Part shown: piece by piece, positions 58,150 through 64,000 of the stretch
How the letters are laid out: every line of letters begins with the position of its first letter
How positions within the stretch are numbered: the first letter of the stretch is position 1
NCBI GenBank assembly: GCA_030430565.1
Contig: JAUIKS010000008.1
Location: 111,225-175,224, forward strand
Direction of reading: 5' to 3'
Origin: Polyangia bacterium
GTDB lineage: Bacteria; Myxococcota_A; Polyangia; Nannocystales; Nannocystaceae
DNA: 64,000 nt
Program-made: the position numbers and the translations under genes
The notes under the pieces: generated by a model
Databases searched by the model: none
What the model saw: the letters and a program-made list of their open reading frames with translations, nothing else
What the model was told of the DNA's origin: nothing

Positions 58150-59268
58150 ATGTCGTGGCGCGTGAAGGGAACCCGCAGCGTCACCGCGGCAGTCGGCGCG
58201 CGGCTCGTGCAGTCGAGCTGGGTGCGACGACTCGGGCGGATCAGCTTCCTCGGGACGCTGGACTATCACCCCGGCAGCACGGCCGCGAGCACGCGCCTCG
58301 AGCACTCCATGGGCGTCGCCCGGCTGGGCGTGGAGATCGCCGAGTCCCTCGAGCTCGATCGCGCGACCACCCGCAGCTTCGTCGCCGCCTGCCTGCTCCA
58401 CGACATCGGGCACTTCCCGCTCTCGCACGCGGCCGAGCCAGGCTTCGCGCGCGCCCTAGGCGTGGCTCATCACGGCGTCTCCGAGTGGATCATCCTCGGC
58501 AACGGGCCGATCCCCCGCGCGCTCTCGCTGCGCCCGCTGCTCGAGGCCGAGGGCCTCGAGCCCGCGCTGCTGTGGGCGCTCATCACCGGCGACGCGGACA
58601 ACCTGAGCCCGCTGCAGCGTAGCCTGTCGCGCCTGCTGCTGGCGCCGATCAACCTCGACACGCTCGACGGCATCGTCCGGGCCGCGCGCGCCTTCGGGAT
58701 CCGCGGGGTTCGTCTGCGCGAGCCGCTGTTTGTCCGCGCGGGCGCCGAGGTCGCTATTCGACCCGAGGCGGTCCCGATCCTCGATCGCTTCTGGGCGCTC
58801 AAGGATCGGGTCTACTGCGACGTCATCAACCTGCCGTCGAACATCGTCTGCGAGGCGCGTCTCTCGTCGGCGGTCGCCCGACGCTACGACCGCGCGATCT
58901 TCGGCGGCTTCGAGCGCTTCGACGATCACGTGCTGGCGTCGCTGCTCGAGGAGCACCTGCGCGACAGCGGGCTGCTCGAGGGCCGCGACGATCCCTTCCA
59001 GTTCCGCCGCGACTCGGACGAGCGCGCCGACGCGGCGCTGCACCTGCGCCGCGCCCGAAAGCGATACTTCGTCGATCACACCGTGCTGCCCGACGAGCGC
59101 GGCCTCCGGCTCGAGCAGTGGCCGCGTCGCTATCGACACGAGCGCCAGATCATGTACCTCGTCCCCCGCCGCGCGAGCCGTCAGCTCGTGCTGCCCGGGC
59201 TCGCGCTCGACAAGGACGACGCCCCCCCGATCCCCGGGTACTCCGCCGTCGACGGACCCGACATCTGA
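58150..59268 (+). CDS. HD-domain phosphohydrolase
   Basis: ATG 58150. HSMGVARL...CLLHDIGHFPLSH (H..HD metal motif), ..DGIVRAARAFG. 372 aa. Confidence 0.75.
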   Translation: MSWRVKGTRSVTAAVGARLVQSSWVRRLGRISFLGTLDYHPGSTAASTRLEHSMGVARLGVEIAESLELDRATTRSFVAACLLHDIGHFPLSHAAEPGFARALGVAHHGVSEWIILGNGPIPRALSLRPLLEAEGLEPALLWALITGDADNLSPLQRSLSRLLLAPINLDTLDGIVRAARAFGIRGVRLREPLFVRAGAEVAIRPEAVPILDRFWALKDRVYCDVINLPSNIVCEARLSSAVARRYDRAIFGGFERFDDHVLASLLEEHLRDSGLLEGRDDPFQFRRDSDERADAALHLRRARKRYFVDHTVLPDERGLRLEQWPRRYRHERQIMYLVPRRASRQLVLPGLALDKDDAPPIPGYSAVDGPDI

Positions 59269-59291
59269 CTCGCCCTCGCCCGCGCTTCGTT

Positions 59292-60332
59292 ATGACCATC
59301 GAGCCAGCGATCGACGCGACGCCCTACGACTACGCCGCGCTGCTCCCCGAGCTCGGGATGTCCGAGGGCGAGCTGCCGGCGATCCGCGCGGCCTCGCGTC
59401 GCTCGTGGGCGACGATTCAGCGCGCGCGCGCCCAGCTCGCGCCGCTGCGAGCGCAGCGACACCTGGTGGGTCTCGCGATCTTCGCGGTCGGCTCGGTCGG
59501 CCGCTTTGAGTCGTCCGAGCGCAGCGATCTCGACCTCGCGGTGCTCCGCGTCCGCGCGCCGCCGAGCGCGGACGCGGCCGAGGAGGCGCGCGCGCGCGTC
59601 GTCAGCCGGCTCCGCGCGCTCACGCTCGACGTGACTGAAAAGACATTTCGACGCGTCATCGATCTGCGCGCGCTCCTCCGCGACATCGGCGGCAGCGCGG
59701 ACAACAATGACCACCTGACCTACCGCGCGCTGCTGCTCACCGAGGGCGCGTGGCTGGCGGAGGCCGACGCCAGCGCCCTCTCGCTGACCCGCATGTTCGA
59801 CGCGTACACCCGCGGGCGCATCGCGCCGGGCCGCTACTTCACCGCGCTCAGCAACGACCTCCACCGCTACTACCGGACGCTCTGCGTCGACTACCGCTTC
59901 AAGGTCGAGGAGGCCAACAAGCGCTGGGCCGTCCGGCTGCTCAAGCTCCGTCACTCACGCAAGCTCTGGCACCTCGCCAACATCGCGACCTACTGCGCCG
60001 CCGCCCAGGTCGACGACGCGTCCCGCGAGTCGCTGCTGCGCCGCGAGCTCGGCGAGCCGCCGCTGTGGCGCCTCGTCAAGAGCATGCGCCGACTCGACGG
60101 CCTGCCCCTGTGCCCGCCGATCCTCCGCAGCTACGATCGCTTCCTCGCCGCGCTCGCCGACGCGAACGCGCGCGCCGAGCTCGATCGGCTGGCCCACGAC
60201 GACCGACACCAGAGCCCGGTGTTTTGCGCCCTCTACAGCAACGCGGATGAGTTCACCCAGGCGACGCACGCGATCATCGAGCACCTGTGGGATCGCTGTC
60301 ACGATCACCTGCTGCGCTACGGGATCCTCTAG
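59292..60332 (+). CDS. Pol-beta-superfamily nucleotidyltransferase with C-terminal helical domain
   Basis: ATG 59292, 23 nt after the HD gene. LAIFAVGSVGRFESSERSDLDLAVL (GS...G......SD.D signature), downstream LTLDVTE (candidate third carboxylate). Helical C-terminal half. Confidence 0.7.
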   Translation: MTIEPAIDATPYDYAALLPELGMSEGELPAIRAASRRSWATIQRARAQLAPLRAQRHLVGLAIFAVGSVGRFESSERSDLDLAVLRVRAPPSADAAEEARARVVSRLRALTLDVTEKTFRRVIDLRALLRDIGGSADNNDHLTYRALLLTEGAWLAEADASALSLTRMFDAYTRGRIAPGRYFTALSNDLHRYYRTLCVDYRFKVEEANKRWAVRLLKLRHSRKLWHLANIATYCAAAQVDDASRESLLRRELGEPPLWRLVKSMRRLDGLPLCPPILRSYDRFLAALADANARAELDRLAHDDRHQSPVFCALYSNADEFTQATHAIIEHLWDRCHDHLLRYGIL

Positions 60333-60413
60333 GAGCGTGTCTGAGATACCGGCGCGGCGTCAGGTGCCGTCAGGTGTCGCGCTCGAGGAGCTGAACGGGC
60401 TGTACACGCGCTC

Positions 60414-62324
60414 CTAGCCGCCGCGCGGGACTTCGAACTTCGTCACGACGCCCTCCTCGGGGTCGATCTCGACGTTCTCGCTGTTGTTGGCCTTCTTGGT
60501 CGTCTTCTTGAGCGTCAGCTTGAGCGGCTTGGGCTTCTTGCCCTCGGCCAGCGTGACCGTCTTCTTGCTCGATCGATAGCCGGAGAGCTTGAGCGAGATC
60601 TTGTACTCGCCGGGCGCGAGCTCGAGCTCGAGCGGGGTCTTGCCCTTGCTCTCACCGTCGATCTTCACCTCGGCGCCCTTCGGGCTGCTCTCGATCTTGT
60701 ACGAGATCAACGCGGGCTCAGGCGGCGTGTCGCCGGTGGGATCGACGACACCCGAGTCGACGCCCGCAGTCGGATCAGGCGCGCCGGACTCGTCCGCGCC
60801 GGTGGGATCGGGCTCAGCGAGCCGGGCCTTGATCGCCTCCGCGCGCGCGCGCGCCTCGGCGTTGCTCGGGTCACGCGCGAGCACCTCCTCGTAGGCCTCG
60901 AGCGCGTCGCTCAGCTCGCCGGCGCCTTCCTTCGCCTGGGCCTCCGCGAGCATCGCTACCACGGGATCTTCGGCCGGCTCGGCGGTCTCCTCGGCCGCCG
61001 AGTCCGCGACGACGGCGGGCTGCTTCGCAGGATCTCCAGCTTTCTTCTCGTCGGCCGCGCCCGCCGTGACCCGGGAGATCGTCGGCGCCTTCGCGGGACG
61101 CTTGGCGATCGCGGGGCCACCCGCCGGGGAGACCTGGCCGCCGCCGAGGAAGGGCAGCTGCCCCTGGCTGTAGAGATACGCGCCGACCCCACCGAGCGCG
61201 AGCAGCAGCAGCACGATGATCAGGCCGCCGCCGCCCTTGCCCTCGCTCGCCTCCGCGCTCTGGGCCTCTACCACCGGCGCCGGGGATGGCGCCGGCGGCT
61301 CGACCTCCGCGACGGGGCGCGGATCGGCGGCGGGCGCGGGCGCGCTTGGTTGACGTGCGACGACGATCGGCGCGACGGGGCGTGACTCGCGGGCCGCCGT
61401 TGGCGTCGGCATGGCCACGACCCCCTCGGGCTTGCGCGGCGCCGCCTTCGGCAGCCGGAACATGGACGCCGGGACCGAGTCGATCAGGAACTCGACGATC
61501 TCGTTGGCGTCGATCGGGCGCTCGTCTGGATTCTTCGACAAGCACGCGCCGACCAGCTCGATGACGCCCTTGGGGATCGTATGTCCCGAGGGCAACGCGG
61601 TGGCGAGCGAGGTCGGCTGGTCGTTGACGATCTTGTACAGGACCTGCGCGTCGGTCCCCTCGTAGGGCTTCCGGCCCGCGAGCATGGTGTAGAAGAGCAC
61701 GCCGATGCCGTAGACATCGGTCCGCGGGTCGAGCGGACCCTGCTGCACCTGCTCGGGGGCCCAAAACCCCGCCGACGCCTCCGCGTTGGCCTGGTCGGCG
61801 ACATCGCCGAAGATCTGCATCAGGCCGAGATCACAGATCTTTACGAAATTCGCGCGGCCTTTCTCCTCGATCAACAGGATATTCGAGGGCTTGAGCGCGC
61901 GGTGCAGCAGTCCGCGGGCGTGCGCCGCACCCATGGCTTTGAGGACCTGCGCGGCGATCGGCACGAACACTTCGATCGGCAGCGGGCCCTCGCGACCGAG
62001 GAAGTTGTCCAGCGACATCCCCTCGACGTACTCGACGACGACATAGGCGCCGAATTCGGCGGAGAAGCCGTAGTCGTGCACCGCAGTGATGTTGGGGTGC
62101 TCTAGCCCCTGCAGCGCCCTGGCCTCGCGTTCAAAGCGCTGACGGGACTCTGGGGTGCTGGCGACAGCCTCGGGGAGCAGCTTGAGCGCGACGGTTCGAT
62201 GCAGCGTCCGATGGCTCGACAAGTAGACGCGGCCCTTGACCCCGGACCCGAGCAGCCGCTCGAGCGTGTAGTGCGAGCCAACGGTCCGGCCGAGCAGCGG
62301 ATCGGTCTTCGCGGCGACCTTCAT
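60414..62324 (-). CDS. Hanks-type Ser/Thr protein kinase with TM segment, TPR-like segment and C-terminal PEGA domain
   Basis: AAGGAAC then ATG 62324. LLGSGVKGRVYL, VALKLL, HRALKPSNILL, DLGLMQ, GFWAPEQ. TM GGGLIIVLLLLALGGVGAYLY. PEGA YKIESSPKGAEVKIDGESKGKTPLELELAPGEYKISLKLSGY. Confidence 0.85.
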   Translation of the reverse strand: MKVAAKTDPLLGRTVGSHYTLERLLGSGVKGRVYLSSHRTLHRTVALKLLPEAVASTPESRQRFEREARALQGLEHPNITAVHDYGFSAEFGAYVVVEYVEGMSLDNFLGREGPLPIEVFVPIAAQVLKAMGAAHARGLLHRALKPSNILLIEEKGRANFVKICDLGLMQIFGDVADQANAEASAGFWAPEQVQQGPLDPRTDVYGIGVLFYTMLAGRKPYEGTDAQVLYKIVNDQPTSLATALPSGHTIPKGVIELVGACLSKNPDERPIDANEIVEFLIDSVPASMFRLPKAAPRKPEGVVAMPTPTAARESRPVAPIVVARQPSAPAPAADPRPVAEVEPPAPSPAPVVEAQSAEASEGKGGGGLIIVLLLLALGGVGAYLYSQGQLPFLGGGQVSPAGGPAIAKRPAKAPTISRVTAGAADEKKAGDPAKQPAVVADSAAEETAEPAEDPVVAMLAEAQAKEGAGELSDALEAYEEVLARDPSNAEARARAEAIKARLAEPDPTGADESGAPDPTAGVDSGVVDPTGDTPPEPALISYKIESSPKGAEVKIDGESKGKTPLELELAPGEYKISLKLSGYRSSKKTVTLAEGKKPKPLKLTLKKTTKKANNSENVEIDPEEGVVTKFEVPRGG

Positions 62325-62727
62325 CTTAGTTCCTTGCATCGTGCGCCCGTCGTGGTCACTGCCCGGGAAAGACTGTGTGCTTTCTTTGTAAAGCGGCCCA
62401 CAACCCGGAGCGGCTGCACGCGACGTCTCAAAAAATAACACACGCACGAACGACGCCAGCGCTCTCCCACGAGTGAGCGAACGTTTTCGCTCAAACTAGC
62501 CCACACAGACGCACCCGGCGCCGATCCGGTTTGTTGCCCTACCGCATTCGCGCACCGGACCTCGGGAATAATGCGCGATCAACCTTACGATACGCGCGTT
62601 GCCACGCGTCAACGCCCGGACCGCTGGACATCCGTGCACAACCTCATGCAGTGACGTTGCGCCGATCGAGACCAGTCCGTAGCCTCAGACGCGGATATTC
62701 GACGAGCTCGTGGTAGATTTAAACGAC

Positions 62728-64000
62728 ATGGCCTTAAGGACAACCGTCACCTCGCGCGGCGCAGAACGCGTGCGCGGTATCGGTGTTGGTTTCGCGTCGC
62801 TATCGCGCGCGACGTTCGGCGCGACGCTCGTCACCGCCCTGAGCCTTTCCGCGTGCGTCGATCCCCACCCGACGCCCGAGACCGACGCGATCGTCACGAC
62901 CTCCGGATCCGAGCCGCACGCGAGCACCTTCAACACCGTCACCTCCGACAGCGGCTCCGTCGGCGTCGACTCGTCCGGAACCGCGCCCGAGTGCGTCGAG
63001 GGCACGATCGGCTGTCAGTGCTCACCGAGCGGCACGTGCAGCGAGGGGCTCACCTGCATCGAGGCGGTGTGCATCCCCGAGTCCTGCGGCAACGGTGACA
63101 TCGAGCCCGAGAACGGCGAGGAGTGCGACCCCGGCGACGGCGACGATCCCACGTGCGATGTCGACTGCACGCTGCTCCCGGTCTGCGGCGACGGCGTGCT
63201 CGACAACAACGAGGAGTGCGACGACGGCAACAGCTCCAACGACGACGCCTGCCTCAACACCTGCGAGGAGAACACCTGCGGCGACGGGCACATCTGGTCG
63301 ACGCAGGAGGAGTGCGACGACGGGCCCGACAACAGCTTCACCGGCGCGTGCCTCGAGACCTGCGAGACCGCGAAGTGCGGCGACGGCTACACCTGGGCGG
63401 ATCACGAGGAGTGTGACGACGCCGATCGCGACAACAACGACGCGTGCCTCAACACCTGCGTCGCGGCGAGCTGCGGCGACGGCTTCGTCTGGAGCGGCTC
63501 CGAGGAGTGCGACGACGCGAACGACGTCAACGACGACAGCTGCGCGAACGACTGCACGCAGCCGCCGACCGATTTCGACGCGTGCGGCTTCGCGGCCGAC
63601 GACGGGGTGTGGATCGAGTTCGAGTGGGCGAGCCAGAACCAGCCCGAGGACCCGGTCCTCAGCTACTCAAGCACGCCCGGCTGGGGCGCCTCGCAGTGGG
63701 CCTACGACAACAACGCCTCGGCCGAGGCCAAGGACCTGTTCGGCATGATCATGGCCGGCAACGATCCGATCGGCTGGGTGCTGCGGATCGACAACTCCGA
63801 CACGCTCCAGCTCCGCTTCGGGACCAGCGGCCTGACCTACGACACCGCGACCGTGTGTGTCACGGGCCGCAGCAGCACGACCGAGTTCGGCGTCGCCTTC
63901 GAGGTCAGCAACCCGCTCAACAATGACTGCGGCGGCACCGGGAACTTCAGCGCCGAGTGGGTCGTGCAGGCCGACGGCTTCGAACTCCCGAACAACTGCG
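62728..64000 (+). CDS. 5'-partial (runs off window) secreted lipoprotein with six or more Myxococcus cysteine-rich repeats and a C-terminal beta domain
   Basis: ATG 62728. Signal ATLVTALSLSACVD. Repeats CGNGDIEPENGEECDPGDGDDPTCDVDC / CGDGVLDNNEECDDGNSSNDDACLNTC / CGDGHIWSTQEECDDG... / CGDGYTWADHEECDDADRDNNDACLNTC / CGDGFVWSGSEECDDANDVNDDSCANDC. Open in frame to 64000; not in the supplied ORF table because it has no stop. Confidence 0.85.
   Translation, partial: MALRTTVTSRGAERVRGIGVGFASLSRATFGATLVTALSLSACVDPHPTPETDAIVTTSGSEPHASTFNTVTSDSGSVGVDSSGTAPECVEGTIGCQCSPSGTCSEGLTCIEAVCIPESCGNGDIEPENGEECDPGDGDDPTCDVDCTLLPVCGDGVLDNNEECDDGNSSNDDACLNTCEENTCGDGHIWSTQEECDDGPDNSFTGACLETCETAKCGDGYTWADHEECDDADRDNNDACLNTCVAASCGDGFVWSGSEECDDANDVNDDSCANDCTQPPTDFDACGFAADDGVWIEFEWASQNQPEDPVLSYSSTPGWGASQWAYDNNASAEAKDLFGMIMAGNDPIGWVLRIDNSDTLQLRFGTSGLTYDTATVCVTGRSSTTEFGVAFEVSNPLNNDCGGTGNFSAEWVVQADGFELPNNC

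Overview
64 kb of very GC-rich (about 70%) bacterial chromosome, gene-dense on both strands. Evidence for Myxococcota origin: three Hanks-type Ser/Thr kinases including a 2099-aa giant, two Myxococcus-type cysteine-rich-repeat proteins, a FIST plus hybrid histidine kinase pair, and many lipoproteins. I support about 40 protein-coding genes. I found no rRNA, tRNA or CRISPR. High GC generates many long spurious antisense ORFs (up to 1770 aa); I rejected these on composition. Most notable loci: (1) a complete bacterial homolog of the eukaryotic major vault protein (30752-33250, minus strand), flanked by a bidirectional intrinsic terminator and a 660-bp non-coding leader; (2) a minus-strand triad of stand-alone adenylation enzyme, carrier protein and acyl-CoA-dehydrogenase-like oxidase (the pyrrolyl-/dehydroaminoacyl-carrier-protein logic), with a divergent amidohydrolase-2 decarboxylase, a class A FAD monooxygenase and an Sfp-type PPTase nearby, and no PKS/NRPS in the window; (3) an EVE (PUA-like) reader domain fused to a histone-H1-like KKA-repeat tail, divergently paired with an HD-hydrolase plus Pol-beta-type nucleotidyltransferase two-gene operon; (4) a 2099-aa protein with an active kinase, an atypical second kinase, a STAND/AAA P-loop, a helical array, GAF and a degenerate cyclase-homology domain. 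Other items: a CxxCH lipoprotein plus Tat-secreted DUF1501/DUF1552-like pair, a 42-bp direct repeat pair in a convergent intergenic region, and an AT-rich island upstream of the giant kinase. All functional calls are from motif reading by eye; no database search was run.
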